Shown one piece after another: positions 51,121-64,000 of a stretch of DNA of 64,000 nucleotides; the stretch's first letter is position 1, and each line of letters begins with the position of its first letter. The notes under the pieces are model-generated. The model worked only from the letters and a program-made list of their open reading frames with translations, searched no databases and was not told the origin of the DNA. The position numbers and the translations under genes were made by a program. This DNA is from Camelus dromedarius (lineage: Eukaryota): the NCBI RefSeq assembly GCF_036321535.1, contig NC_087438.1:7628001-7692000 (forward strand), given 5' to 3'.

Positions 51121-53803
51121 TTTTTTCCTGTATTGGTTATTAACTTATAGGTCTGCTCTATCTCTGACCTTTAGCAGGATGTTAGTAAATAGCAACCAAC
51201 AAGCCATCAGACGATTCTGCCTTATTATGTGGGAGACTGGCACAGCAGAGAGGGCATGGGGAACATGTGATATCAAGCAGCCACGTGATCCTGGACAAGC
51301 CTCCCTGGGCCTCAGTTTCTCCAGTGGCTCCTTTGTCTATTTCATAGGGTTGTGGTAAGAATTAAATAACATATTGGATGTAAAAGTACTTTACAAACTG
51401 CAACCAGCCATTCAAATGTCAAGGGTTATTTAGAAACTCGAGGAACACCTAACTTATTCAGAGTCCCCACTCCCTCACCCTTAATTGACACCTGGGGTTA
51501 CAAAAGAGCGTCTTAAATGGGTGGCATGTTCAGCTCAGGTAACAGAGAAGAAGAAAAGAAGAAAATTCCAATTGGAGACAAAGAAGTGATTGGCAATGGG
51601 AAAGAAAAAGTGACAAGAATGAACAATCAGAAGCTCTTGGCTTCACCATCTTATGTGTCAGGGATCTGAACGCTGGAAAGTGTCTTTGAAGGTGTTTCGC
51701 TGAGACAAAGAGGAAGAGCGTTGGTAGTAGGGACAATGGCCAGACTTGATGTTTCTCTTCCTGATGTTCAAATAAACTGCTGCTTTCTGTTCCCCTTGAA
51801 CTTGGTTGGTTTATTCTCCCCAAAGCTCACTAATTTAAATTGCTTACTCATTACTTATCCCTGAAACACCTACACGAAACTTTAACAGCTGAAGTGCCTG
51901 CAAAGAAAAGGTTCCGGATAAAAGGGGACAAGGCACAGGGTGCACGTAAACAAAGAGATGAAGCTGACACGTAGAGAAGGATCAGGGCCATACGAGCCAT
52001 TTGCCCATGGGCCTCTGGCACCCATTGCTCTGCATGAAATGATTATCTGTCCCCAGGCCTGTACTCTCCCACTAGAGAGACCCCGAGAGTCTGGGAGGAG
52101 ACCACAGGAAAAGCATATATTCAATTCAAACGGTGAAAGCTGTAATTTAAGTGTGTCTCTCCCCTTTCTCTAACTTCAGGGAGGATGGAAGAAAAGTGGG
52201 ACAGGATGAGTAATAAATACACTCGCAAAGCAAACGCCTTCATCACAACACATATCATATTTTGACAAGTTTTACAGGCTCCGAGCTACGGAATGGCGTA
52301 AAGGTCTCATTTGTCATTCTGTTGACTTTAATTAGGCTCACAAGTTTGACAATTTATTGCTATTAACGGTATTATTTTTTAAAGCCGCTATTCTTAACAG
52401 TTAAGTTCCTCCGAACTCACCCAGCTCAACTTCACACATTTTGAGAGAAGATACAAGCACATATTTTTGTGACAGTTTCAAGCACCAAGTCATCAGAGTG
52501 GCCATAATAAGATAGCGTAGAGCAATATCATATAAAAGGTTCTTTATAAAATGGCTCATTCATAAATTCATAAAACATTTGAAAATGAGCCGAAAGGTTT
52601 CAGACTATGGAGACAGTTTTTCGAGCTCATTTTCAAGTGGAAATCTCCTTCTTCATGCTTTTGTTTGTTTTTTTCTGGGAGTTCTTTCTCATCTTCTTAA
52701 TGTTTACACATGGACGCTTTTTGGATACGTGGACTTAATACACGATCACTTAACACCCACCGTGTTTTCCCAACTGGGGCCACTAAGCGTGTTCAACTGC
52801 CGTGAAACAAGACTAGAGGGCCTTGTCACCAACATTGTCTGTTCATGCTGAGCCCGATGGTGTGCAATTCTAATTTAAAAAGGGATTCAGAATGGGACAT
52901 GAATAATATCATCAGGAGGGGAATCCAGAGCATAAAATTTCTTCAGATCATATGAAAAAGAATTCAGCTTTACCATGTTTTGCTTTCGGGTATCGTTGAC
53001 AGTAGAGCTGATACAGGCAGTAGAAAGAAAATTTAATATATGTCTCCTATTGAAGAAATAATCTGATTATTAACAAAGGTGACAGGTCGCTGAGAGTAAA
53101 GTAAGTCTACTTTCCTATGTTTGTAGATGTCTGATGGATTCGGAGATGCTGGAAAGGCTGAACTTCCTTCTCCTCTACTGTATTTCTTATCATGTTGCTA
53201 ATGTACTGCTTTCTAGGGTACCAGTTGAGACTTACTGGTCTCTCTTACTCTGAACAGTGTCTGTCTTTATACCCTTTTGTGGAATAAGAGGGATACACAA
53301 GCAAAACATCTGTGGTTTGTTCTGGGAGCTCAGGAGATAGAGAGGTCTGTGCCCCTCTGAGCATGAATGAAGGAACAGCCAGAATCTTGGAAGAGACTGA
53401 ACTTAGGAGGCACCATGTCATGGGATTGACTGTATTTTTGCCAATTCAAAGATCTTGTTTGGGGAAACCGTTCAGAGAAAGAGAATTTCTGCACAGGTTT
53501 TGTTTTTTTCTTGTTAGATGAGACCTGTAGGGAATAAACAACAAGGATTCAAATAAATCTTTAGCTGAAGTAGCCAGTTGCCAACATGATGAGATTGGAG
53601 GCATTTTTCAGATCCCAGGTCTCCTGTCTGACTCACCACAGAGCTTGCAATCATCTTCGTTCTCCCTCTCTTGGCATAAGTAGTGATTAGCAATCCTGCT
53701 TCTACATTGGAGTCATGTGGAAAGAAATTTTGAAAATACTGTTATCTCGGTTCCACCCTGGAATTATTCAATCAGACCTCTATAGGAGAGGGTATAGACA
53801 TTT

Positions 53804-54032
53804 TTTTAATTTAAATTTTTAATTGAAGTATAGTCAGTTACAATGTGTCAATTTCTGGGGTACAGCATAATGCCCAAGTCATACATATACATATATATAT
53901 ACATATTCATTTTCATATTCTTTTTCACTAAAGGTTATTACAAGATACTGAATACAGCTCCCTGTGCTATAAAGAAGAAATTTTTTAAAATCTATTTTTA
54001 TATATAGTAGTTAATATCTGCAAATCTTGAAC
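53804..54032 (-). mobile_element. Young L1 3'UTR, the 3' part of a U6-L1 chimera
   Basis: Same family tail as 36348-37112; joins U6 directly. Confidence 0.92.
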
Positions 54033-54139
54033 AAAAATATGGAACGTTTCACGAATTTGCGTGTCATCCTCGCTGAGGGGCCATGCTCATCTTCTCTGTG
54101 TCGTTCCAATTTTAGTACGTGTACTGCGAAAGCAAGCAT
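54033..54139 (-). pseudogene. RNU6: Full-length U6 snRNA pseudogene
   Basis: Reverse complement 'atgcttgctttcgcagtacacgtactaaaattggaacgacacagagaagatgagcatggccccctcagcgaggatgacacgcaaattcgtgaaacgttccatattttt' aligns to U6 end to end and includes the ACAGAGA box. Confidence 0.96.
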
Positions 54140-57100
54140 GACATTTGATACTTTTTTTAGAGTACTTTAGGTGATTCTAATGTGCAGACAGGTCTGAGAA
54201 CTATTAGGTTATTTGCTTAATCTCTTTTGTTAAACAGAACCATCGTCTGGCAGAGGAAACACACGATGTCACACTAAGTCATCAAAATCATTTGCACCTT
54301 TGCTGGAAGCTTCCAGCAGGAGATGAGCCTGGGGCTGGGACAGGAGGTTGAGGTTGATGAAAAGTGAACAGGAAAGTGAGCAGAGGAAGATGCCAGTGAT
54401 TCTGGGATGTCAGAGGGGCTAGAACATCAAGGTGAAGATCAGAGCTGACGATAAAGCAGATTTGAAATGAGAGGGAGAGAAGGCCCGTGGAGACATAATT
54501 CATTTATTGCACACTTTTGCCAGGGCCAGCTAATTACTGGAACAGGAAATGGGGTTGGGGAATGAAGAAAGGAAGATTAATCTAGTACTTCCTGGTTCAG
54601 AGGTCAGATGATGCAGTTCATTGCGGAGGCTGAAAAAGCCATGGGCAATTAGTCTCAAAATTTGTTTGCTTGTGGTTATACCACCTAGAGAAAACCACCC
54701 AGGATCTTTTTTTATTTTCAAGGGAATGAGCAGTCATCATTAGTGTACTATAGTCCAGTAGTAAAAAAGAAATTTTCTTTTTGCTTAAAGTAAGGCTCTT
54801 TTTAAAAAATGCTTTTTGGAGTATGGTCCTCAATTTTACAGTTCTGTGTAGCTAAACCATTCTAGGAGTCATTCAGTGCAGGTTGGCAATTTATTTCACA
54901 AAATACAACAGCGCTCAATTGTAATGCCAAGTTGAAATGAAGGGTTCTGTGGACCCTGCTAACAGCTAAAAATCACGAAGTGCAGTCATAAGCAGCATGG
55001 AGCCAAAAGCTAAAATATAAAGAGTCCTGTTCTCCTGATGAGGAATTTCAGAAAATTAGGACTGTGTATTTCAATAATGTGCTTGATTGCAGATAAATTT
55101 TTTATAATGTCAACTCAACGAGTTCTAGGTTTCATCTGTTTATATTTCTCCAAAATATAGAGTAGGTCATTGAAAGTAGTGATTTAAAAGTGCATCTTTT
55201 AAAAATTAGCATCTCTGAAATCAGGATATGTCTTAAAATAAACAGGGTCTTATATTAGAAGAAATAGGGTTGCCCTGCTGGGCTTTACCAATCTCCCCTT
55301 TGCTCCATGTGCAGGACCCATTATTTCCAAATGCTGTGACATATCCTTTTCATTGACTTCTGGTGGTAGCATTTCTTGGACGCAAGGATGCTGGACCCTG
55401 ATTCTTCAGAGGATAACAGCTGCCCTGGGTCCTGTGCTCTTGACCTTTGCCTTGATACACCTGCCATCCCTTGGTCTTCACGGCACGTGCATGAAGAGTA
55501 GCCCTGGACTGAAGATGTCCCCAGGTCATGGCAGGGAGAGACCAGGTGACTCTCATGGAAGTGCTCTTCAAAGAATGCAGCTGACCTCCTTTTTATGTTT
55601 CAGAAACACTTTACTCTGCCTCAGTTTAAAAGTTAAGAATTCTGTTAATGTTGAGGACACAAGATATAAAAGGCTTTCCTAGGAAATTTCCCTCTGTGGC
55701 CATCAGCTTCTGTTTGGTCACTATGATGGGACCATTTCTCTTGTTAAGACAGTCTGCCCATTATTTGATAGATAGCAAGTTCTCCCCAAGAAAGCATACA
55801 TATTATTTAGCTTAAAAGGAGCTTATGTGTTCCCAAGGTTATCGGCTTCCTGGGGGCCATCTTCCTTGCAATTATCAAATGCCCAGAATTCAGGATTTCA
55901 TGCTGCATGACTGTGGGAGTCCTGTCCCTCCCTTAAATATTGTGGAGGAACCTTGGGAGAGCTCGCTTCCTTTTTGTTTCACTTCTTACTTCCTAGTCCA
56001 CATGCTTCTAACCGCATCCCTTATTTTCCATGTGCTGTCTTTGTGCTCCTCTCCAGGCTGGTGTAGCTCTCTCAGATTCACTCCATCTCACATTTGAACA
56101 CTGATCCTTCCCTAATCCCCCCGGCAGGGCACCACTGGGGCAGTGGTTTTTAAAAAACCTCACTGAAGCTTTATGGGTGATATAAAGGGATTAGCATTCA
56201 GGAAGGACAACTTAAAATTGGATGCCAAGCCTTGTTACTCCTATAGTCCATCAGGCCCCTACAGGCTGTCTCCCTCTTTCTCTCCATGGGCTGCCATTTT
56301 GCAAGGCCCAGTTCTCCTGCTTAAAGTCCTGTTCATCATTTCCTCTTCTCCCTGAGTCCCCAGGGCCACAGCTACCCCCACTCCCTTCTTCCCCCTACTT
56401 TCATCATAAAAGTATCTCAAAGATGTTTACAATGAAGTTAGCGTTTCACGTAAATAAGCAGAAAAGGTTATCATCTTTGTTTGAAGGATTGCATCCCAAA
56501 GTTCAAGGCTAGCACAAGGATGACAAATAGGTACTTGCCTTAAAATTATTCAAAGAAGTCAAGAAGGAAGCTTTTCCCAAGAACAAATTCTATCTTTACC
56601 TTTACAAGCAGAGGAAGCACATTTCTGGCATTGTAACCAAATACCAATTTGTTCCCAGTTCAGATTGTCAAAGGTTCAGAAACACTGGGGTCTGGTATGG
56701 GGCTTACCAACTGCAGGCTCTGTGTACTTTAATATTATGTTAATATTATCAATATAATTATTATGTAATTATATTACTATATCATGTTAACATATTAGTA
56801 TTTCATTAAATTAATGTGACTATATTTACTATTAGATTAAAATTAAAGAGACCTCTTATTTTGACTTGAAATAGTCTTCCCATTATTTGCCACATTTTAA
56901 TTCTAGGTTTGCTTTATGAAATTAGGATTAGAACAAGTCAATCCATTTTCTACATTAAAATATGATGAGGAGACTCTTGTCTCTTCAAGTCTTTTCAAGA
57001 AATTTAACCTAATGCTGTCACACAGGGCTTTGAGCTATTTGACACTTCGGTCACTAATCAAGAAAATGGAAACAGTTCAAATTAGGATTTGGGAATAATC

Positions 57101-57479
57101 AGAATCTTAGAAGCGAGGTCGTCTGAGGCCAGTTTATTGATATTCCTTTCACAATGTCCTTGAAAATGTAGAACTTTTTGTTAAAAAAAAAATTAAAGAT
57201 CTATTTCGTGAAGAATTCTACTGCAGTCTCATAAAGCTCGTACCACAACCTTTATCCTTTAACTTTGATAAAGGAAAAAAAAGAGATGCCTAAACTATAG
57301 CTTAGTAAAAGTTATTATAGTGCTTTCACATGATTTTGAACTATCTGAAATTTGTAAGATGTAAATAAAAGACTTTATGACTTTTCCTAGCTTGACAAAG
57401 ACTACAGGTCCATAGGCTTAGGTAAATACACAATAAAGAGGGATGCCTATGGATCATTTATACATGTGCTTAATTTTTT

Positions 57480-59860
57480 AAACTGTGGGGTTTTCTATTT
57501 ATTTTTTGTTTAGTGATTTTTAGCTAAAATTGACCATATATATCTTGTAAGTTTGATGTTTTGAATTTTGTTGAGATGTTCTTTATAATACAGCATATGG
57601 GCATTTTTGGTAAATATTTCTCATGTGTTTACCACAAAGTTACGAGTAATGTAAGATAGTGTAGTGTAGTGTTGTTTATATGACAATTACTTCGTATTTG
57701 TTAATCATGTTGTTCCTATCTCTGTATCCTTTTGTCCCCTCATGTGTGTTATCAGTACCTAAGAGAAGTTGTTAAAAATCTCTATGATTGCACATTTGTT
57801 CATTTTTCCTTTTAGTTTTGTCAATTTTTGCTTTATATATTTTGAAGCTATGTTATCAGGTGCATACTATTTGTTTTATCTTCCTGGTGAATTGATCTCT
57901 TTTTTCATAAAAATGCCTCTTTTTATCTCTAGTAGCATCTTATTTTAAAAAAACTACTTTAGTACTAATATACCAACAACAGCTTTTGGAGTGGGGGTCA
58001 ATATTTATATGGTCTGTTTTTTTCTGTCCTTTCCTTTCAACTGTTGTATGTTCCTATGTCTCAAGTTAATCTCGTAAACAATATTAGTTAGGTTTTGTTT
58101 TCTTAATGCAGTCATAATATTTTTTTCATGGAAGTATTGGATCATTTTGCATTTAATATAATTACTGATATATTTTAATTTATGACTACCACCTTCTATT
58201 TGTTTTCTATTTGTCCCAGCTGTTTATGTTTCTTTTTCTGTCCTTTCTTGAATATTTTGAAATTTTCATGTATTTTTATTATTCTGTTATATTCTCTATC
58301 AGTTTTCTAGTTATATATTTTCTACTATTGTTTTATTCTCACTCTAATGATTACAAGGTGCATCCTTAATTTATTAAAGTCTAAAATAACTTAGTAGTAA
58401 TAAATTAGTAGTACTATTAGTCTACTTCCTGGACAATGAAAGCACATCAGAAAACTTTAACTTTTAACATTTGTGACATAATTATCTTTTGTATTATTGT
58501 TATTGTATATTTAATTTTACTTGTATTTTAAACTTTATAAGACCTTATTGTTATTGCTTTATTCAGTTAGTTTTCATTTGTATTTATTCACATTTTATAC
58601 TTTTTACCTTTTATTTTTTCCTACATTTCCATGCTTTAGGCCAAGATTATATTTCCTCTACCTGAAAAAAAATTCCTTTTAGGTTAATACAAGTCTTTTG
58701 GTGAAAAGCATTTATTTTATCCTCAATTTTGAAGGATATTTTCATTGGGTGTTGAATTCTATGGTGGTAATTACTTTCTTTCATTACTTTAAATATGTCA
58801 CTACATTGTGTTTTGGCTTCAGTCAATTACATTGAGAAGTCAATTGTCCATCTTCTTATTTTGGGAAGATAATATGTTTTTTCCATTCTCTAGCTGCTTT
58901 TAAGATTTTTTCATTGGCTTTGGTTTTCAGCTGTGATGTGCTTAAATGTACTTTTCTATGTCTTTTTATTGCTTTTGTATATATTTTTTAAATCTGTGGT
59001 TTGATTTCTTTATCAGCTTCAGAGAATTCTCAGCTATTACTTCTTCAAACATTACTTCTGTCCTATTCTCTCTCTCCTCCGCTTCTGAGATTTGTTATAC
59101 ATATGATAGGCCTTTTCATCTGGTCACATATTTCTAATGTTATTATCCCCTTTTCTATTATTTTCTCTTTTTTCATCTCTGCACTTCTGTCTGGACATTT
59201 TTTAAATGACATGTCTTCTAAATCACTAATTCTCTTTCTAGCTCTGTGTCATCTGCTGTTGAACTTCATCTGTTTTGATCATAGATTCAGTTAATGTATT
59301 TTTCAGATCTAGAATTTCTATTTGATTTTTATTTGCATAGATTTCATTTCTCTGATGAAGTTCTCCAAATGATCATCTATTTTCTTGAAACCTGTTAATA
59401 ACAAAGTCCAGGCTTCTTAACTCCCCTTAACTTGGATCACCTGTGGATATATTTCTATTGTATTTTGTTCTCTTTGTCTTGCCTTTCGATATACCCTATC
59501 TCATGATATACCTTCTAAATTTTTATTGAGTGATGGAAATTCACATATATTTATACACATTATGAGAAATTGTAGAGGCTCTGGATAATGTTACTTTCCT
59601 CTGGAGAGGTTTTCCTTTCACTTCTGATAGGCAATGAGGGTAGGAACACACCACTTTTAGCCAACTGAGGATTGAATTGACTAGTCTAATTGATCAGTCT
59701 TTGTAAAGTCTGGTGTATTTCTGGGTATAGTCCATCAGGGATCCCAACTGAATACTTCTAATATTTTCTAGGACCTCACCACTTTGTCAAGGATTCAGTT
59801 CTAATTTTTATCTCCCCAACAGTATATCAATAGCTTTATTCAGTTTCTTACCTTTTGTAA
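57480..59860 (-). mobile_element. Long old L1 (L1MC/ME-like) fragment
   Basis: T-rich sequence such as 'gtcaatttttgctttatatattttgaagctatgttatcaggtgcata' and 'ttttgaaggatattttcattggg', typical of antisense old L1. Confidence 0.8.
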
Positions 59861-59883
59861 GAGGTTTTTGTTTTGTTTTGTTC

Positions 59884-60018
59884 TGTTTTGTTTTTTGTCA
59901 TCTTAGTTCTGCACATTTTTTGGCTGCACATCTCACAATCAGAGAATGTTTGTTTTGTTTTTTTGTCGCCTTAGTTCTGCACACTTTTTGGCTGCACATC
60001 TCACAGTGAGAGAATGTT
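59884..60018. repeat. ~67-bp tandem duplication
   Basis: Two copies of 'tgttttgttttttgtc..cttagttctgcaca.tttttggctgcacatctcaca.t.agagaatgtt'. Confidence 0.93.
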
Positions 60019-60134
60019 TTGAGGGAAAAGTGGCTCAGACTATTGTGTTTAGTTTCCTTTACTTTCCTTCACTCCAGGATCTTAGTCTCTCAAGTACTGG
60101 CTTCTTCAGTAGCCCTGTGTATCAAACCTCCTTC

Positions 60135-60316
60135 TCCTTCCTCATGTAAAGATGACAGTCACTGAATGTAGGGTCCCCTGTAAATCTAGGATGATCTCAT
60201 CCTGATATTCTTAATTACATCTGCAAAGAATTTATTTCCAAATAAGGTCACATTCACAAATTTGTGGGGTTAGAAATTAGACATATCTTTTGGGGGGATA
60301 CTCTTCAATCCACTGC
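60135..60316 (-). mobile_element. MLT1 fragment
   Basis: 'ggatgatctcatcc...cttaattacatctgcaaaga...tatttccaaataaggtcacattcac'. Confidence 0.8.
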
Positions 60317-60705
60317 CCTCACACAAAAGTTTAGCAAATGACAAGACAACTATGTCAACAAATACGCCATCCTGTGCTGTGTTGGAAGAGCATGGTGTGT
60401 ACCTAAGAATTCCACCCTCCTCAGATTGTCTACAGCAACTTGAAAGTTTCTGATAGGAAATGTGCTGGGTAATAGTTCACTTCTTAGCAAGATTAGTTTA
60501 ACTAGGAGGCTGCTCTCACATCAGCTGGAAGAACGTCCTCGGCCTCATCTGCTGAAGATAGGTGGTTCCTCACAGAGCTGGATGTGTTCCCCCACCTGCT
60601 GCACAGAGCAGTGATTTCATCCAAGAGGGAAATGCACAGGCAAGCCCCAGGCCTGGCTGAACAGCAAAAGCCAACCTCCCACTTTATCTCTTATGAACAC
60701 CTTCT

Positions 60706-61385
60706 GCTATGGGTTAATCTGTGTCTTTCCAAAATTCTTATGTTGAAATCCTAACCACCAATACCTGAGAAGGTAACTTTATTCAGAGACAAGATGTTTA
60801 CAGAGGTAACCAAGTTAAAATGAGTCATTAGGGTGGGCCGTAATCCAATATGACTGGTGTCCTCATAAAAAGGGGACATTTGGAGACAGACACACACACA
60901 GGGAGAATAAACAGTGAGCAAAGATGAAGGCAGAGGTGGAGGTGATGCTTCTACAAGTCAAAGACCATGAAGGATTGCTAGCAAACCACCAGAAGCTGGG
61001 GGGAGGTATGGAATGGATTCTTCCTCAGAGTCCTCATAAGAAACCAACCCCGATGACATCTTGATCTTGAACTTTTGGCCTTCAGAGCTGTAAGCCAATA
61101 AGTTTATGTTGTTTGAACTACCCAGTTTGTAGTACAGTTGACCTTTGAATAATGCGAGGGTTAAGGGTACTGACCCTCCACATAGTCAAAAATCCACATA
61201 TAACTTTAGAATTGGTTTTCCACATGGATAGTTGCACATCTGTGGATTCAACCAGATGCAGGTCGTGTAGTACTGCAATATGTATTTACTGAAAAAAATC
61301 CACGTACAAGTGGAGTCACAGCAGTTCTCACTCATGTTGTTCAAGGGTCAACTGTACTTCACGATGGCAGCTCTGGGAAAGAATC
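60706..61385 (+). mobile_element. MLT1B/C LTR interrupted by a Tigger-type MITE
   Basis: 'tgctatgggttaatctgtgtc...tatgttgaaatcctaacc...gggtgggccgtaatccaatatgactggtgtcct'. Confidence 0.88.
61135..61354. mobile_element. Tigger2/MER8-like MITE
   Basis: Terminal inverted repeats cagttgacctttgaataa / ttgttcaagggtcaactg, flanked by a TA duplication. Confidence 0.9.
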
Positions 61386-63290
61386 ATACTTACATTTACC
61401 TTTTTCTATTTCTAAGAGTAATCCATTTTTTTTTCTCATCAGAATGAATGATACGGCAAAGTAATAAATGTTCAGAAATGTATAGGAAGAGCTGTATTTC
61501 CCCCTCTGTACATCTTTCAGTCATTCAGGTTTATTTTTCTGATATGGCAACATGTTATCATTGTTGACAAGATGCTAGGGACTTGCCAGGTGCTATTAAT
61601 CTACTGACTGTCACCCAAACATGTGGTTCTCACATCTCCCCAACAAGGAAGGAAGGAAGTGCTTCATGGTGCATTTGTAATTCTGGAGGTTAAGAAATTC
61701 TACCAGGTTTGAAATGAGGGAATTTTGCACAGTTCAGGTCATAAATTAAATTACCAAAACACTCCAAGGCAATCTCATACTGCCAAAGATAGGTTTGCCA
61801 GTAGAGAGGTAAATAATTAAAACAATCCAAATCTTGATATGTTACTTATTGAAAATCGGATTCAGGCAAGGCTTGCAGTGGGTTATAGTTGCTTCCAGAA
61901 TAAATGACAAAGTGAATGCACTATCTGTCATCCCTGAAAGTTAATAAACTATAGCTGTGAAAGAGCTGACATGGAGATTCAAAAGAAGGACGCACAGAAC
62001 TGGAGATCTACTTGTGACACCGTGGTGGAGTTAGAAGTGTACATCACTGCACATGATCAGTTCCTTCATATACAATAAAAAGCTGCAAAGACCTTTCAGG
62101 GAGTCTTTTATCTGCACCTAGATTTCAGGACCTGATGTGTCTCTGTTACCTTCAATGATTACCTCAGTTCTAACATCTGTTTGGCGTATGGACAGCCATG
62201 ACCAAGGAAAAATCGGAAATTGAGGATCAGGAAGACTAGGAATCAGGTGAAACTTTCCTCTCACTATTTCATTTCCTCTATTTTATTTTATTTTTTGTGG
62301 TGGGGAGGGAGGAACTTAATTTTTTCTTAAGTGGACAACAAAAGGACCATAAGATCACTTTGAGAATTCAGGAGTTAGGGTGTTGGATTGTGCCTGTTGG
62401 GGGTTCCAGAGCCCACTTTCAAATAATGACCAAAAAAGCCTGGTGAAATTATTGGTGCCGTACAGACTTGATGAGAAACAAGCCAGTTTCTGAGATCTGA
62501 GGGGACCGGACGTGTTCGCACAGCGCTACATCAGGCAACAGGGACACTCCCTCGAGAGGGTCGGTTCAGAGACCCCGCCCTGCCTCTCTCCCAGGCTTTT
62601 TCTGAAGGAGGGGTGCTTCCCTCTGTGGTGGACACATCTTTAAACTCAAGCACAGAGAACCCAGAACAATATAAAACTGTCCCTCTGTGTCACTCACCCA
62701 TTCCATCTCCATCTAGATAATGATTTGCTATAAGCATTTTAACATAATTTCAATCATTACATGTTTTCCTATGTTGTACCTGGTGACGCCGGGCCAGTGG
62801 CTAACAATTCCTCGCCAGTCCTTAATCACACCTTTTAGCCAAAGATAGGCTTTGTTTCTCATCTTGCCTTAGGCTAAAATGCATTTTGCTTGTTCAGTTT
62901 CCTCTCATGCTGCTAGTTAGGCTAGGCTGCAGATCCTGACAAATGATATTGTTCTAGAAAGAAATGTCTTGAGAGGCCAAATGGAACCTAAGCCTGAAAG
63001 CATCCTTGCTGTTAACCATCCTTTTACACCTGTGGGTTCACTGATCTTCAGGAAAGTTAAAACAGAGGATTTGTGTTTACAACTTCAGGGCTCCATCTGA
63101 AAGCCCATCATTAGAACAATGCAAACATCCTGTTCTATGCTAATTTTTGTGCCCGCACGCAGAGCGGCCCCCCGTACTAAGCCTGCAGTAACTCCTACAT
63201 GTCAAAAATATTCTCTATTTAAGTAACAGTTTAAACTGCTGTATCAAAAATTATTTGGAATTCAGAACTAAACTGAAAAATCCCCTTTTA

Positions 63291-63447
63291 GGGAGAGGGT
63301 ATAGCTCAGTGGTAGAGCCCGTGCTTAGCATGCACGAGGTCTTAGGTTCAATCCTCAGTACCTCCGTCCAAAAAATTAAATAAATACATAAACCTAATTG
63401 TCTCCTCCCCCCAAATACAAAGATGAAAGTAATTTTTAAAAATAAGA
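63291..63447 (+). mobile_element. tRNA-Ala(AGC)-derived SINE (Vic-1 type), best-preserved copy
   Basis: 'gggtatagctcagtggtagagcccgtgcttagcatgcacgaggtcttaggttcaatcctcagtacctcc' plus tail. TSD aaaaatccc(c/t)tttta at 63276-63290 and 63448-63462. Confidence 0.92.
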
Positions 63448-64000
63448 AAAAATCCCTTTTTAAGGGTGGTAAAATATTTTTGTTCTTTTTAACTCAAAAG
63501 TTGATGAAGTAACTTTTAGATGAGGTTTCTAAGACAAAAACCAAACCAATCATCTTCCAGCCTTTTCATGGTCACCATTTTAAAAATTCTAAAAGTTCTT
63601 CCAGACCTTCGTCCATACACATGCCTGTTAACACAACTGTAGCCTGTAATCATGGTCTATTTATTTCTTTTTAATTTTTCACTTTTTTACTTAATATGAT
63701 TAAAATTTCACTTAATATGGTTAAGTGAAAAACAAACATTTTTCTGTATTTCAAGGTAGGCATCTTAATAACATTTTGTAATCAGGGAAGAATCTGCACA
63801 TTTCTCTGTGCAGACGCACCATCATTTACTAGAATGAACATTTGCCATGCTTTTCACCCCAAGCCATCTGTCTCTTGCTTCCAGGGTTGATACTGCTCCA
63901 CAGAGCCACTTCCCACTGACGTGGCCCCCACCCCACCGCCGGGGAATTGCCTTCGTGGACTGTGTTCCCTGGACTGATGCAGGGGCCTGGGTGTTCCTGG

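Larger units (their letters stand above)
53682..54206. mobile_element. MER5A split by the U6-L1 insertion
   Basis: Left half 'acattggagtcatgtgg...aaaatactg...ccaccc'; right half 'aggtgattctaatgtgcagacaggtctgagaacta'. Confidence 0.75.

Noticed and set aside
54033..54139. Functional U6 gene
   Set aside because: Multiple substitutions, MER5A sequence upstream instead of PSE/TATA promoter elements, and fusion to L1.
63296..63368. Apparent tRNA-Ala(AGC) gene
   Set aside because: It carries the SINE tail and a TSD, and has three diverged paralogues in the window. It is a SINE, not a tRNA gene.
63706..63730. 10-bp hairpin tttcacttaa-tatgg-ttaagtgaaa
   Set aside because: Short, AT-rich and within degenerate L1-like sequence; no evidence of function.
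1..64000. Prokaryotic systems (CRISPR arrays, operons, defence islands)
   Set aside because: The sequence is CpG-depleted mammalian DNA with no regularly spaced repeat-spacer array and no gene-dense region.

Overview
This is mammalian, most likely camelid, non-coding genomic DNA. The taxon call rests on four copies of a tRNA-Ala(AGC)-derived SINE of the Vic-1 type and many young L1 3' ends from one family. I found no intact protein-coding gene or recognisable exon, and the listed ORFs look like chance ORFs or repeat-derived. A large part of the window is transposable-element debris: L1, L2, MIR, MaLR/ERV solo LTRs and Tigger/MER DNA elements, often nested and often with readable target-site duplications (TSDs). 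Main points of interest: (1) a heavily decayed, collinear Gag-zinc-knuckle-protease remnant resembling Sushi/Mart (PEG10/RTL1-like) Ty3/Gypsy elements on the minus strand at ~32.25-33.6 kb, which the ORF track misses; (2) a full-length U6 snRNA/L1 chimeric retrocopy inserted into a MER5A element; (3) a twin-primed, 5'-inverted L1 with an extra T-tract; (4) one L1 target sequence present three times; (5) several repeat-free, motif-dense enhancer candidates. Repeat subfamily names are from visual recognition, not a database search, and boundaries of old elements are approximate.
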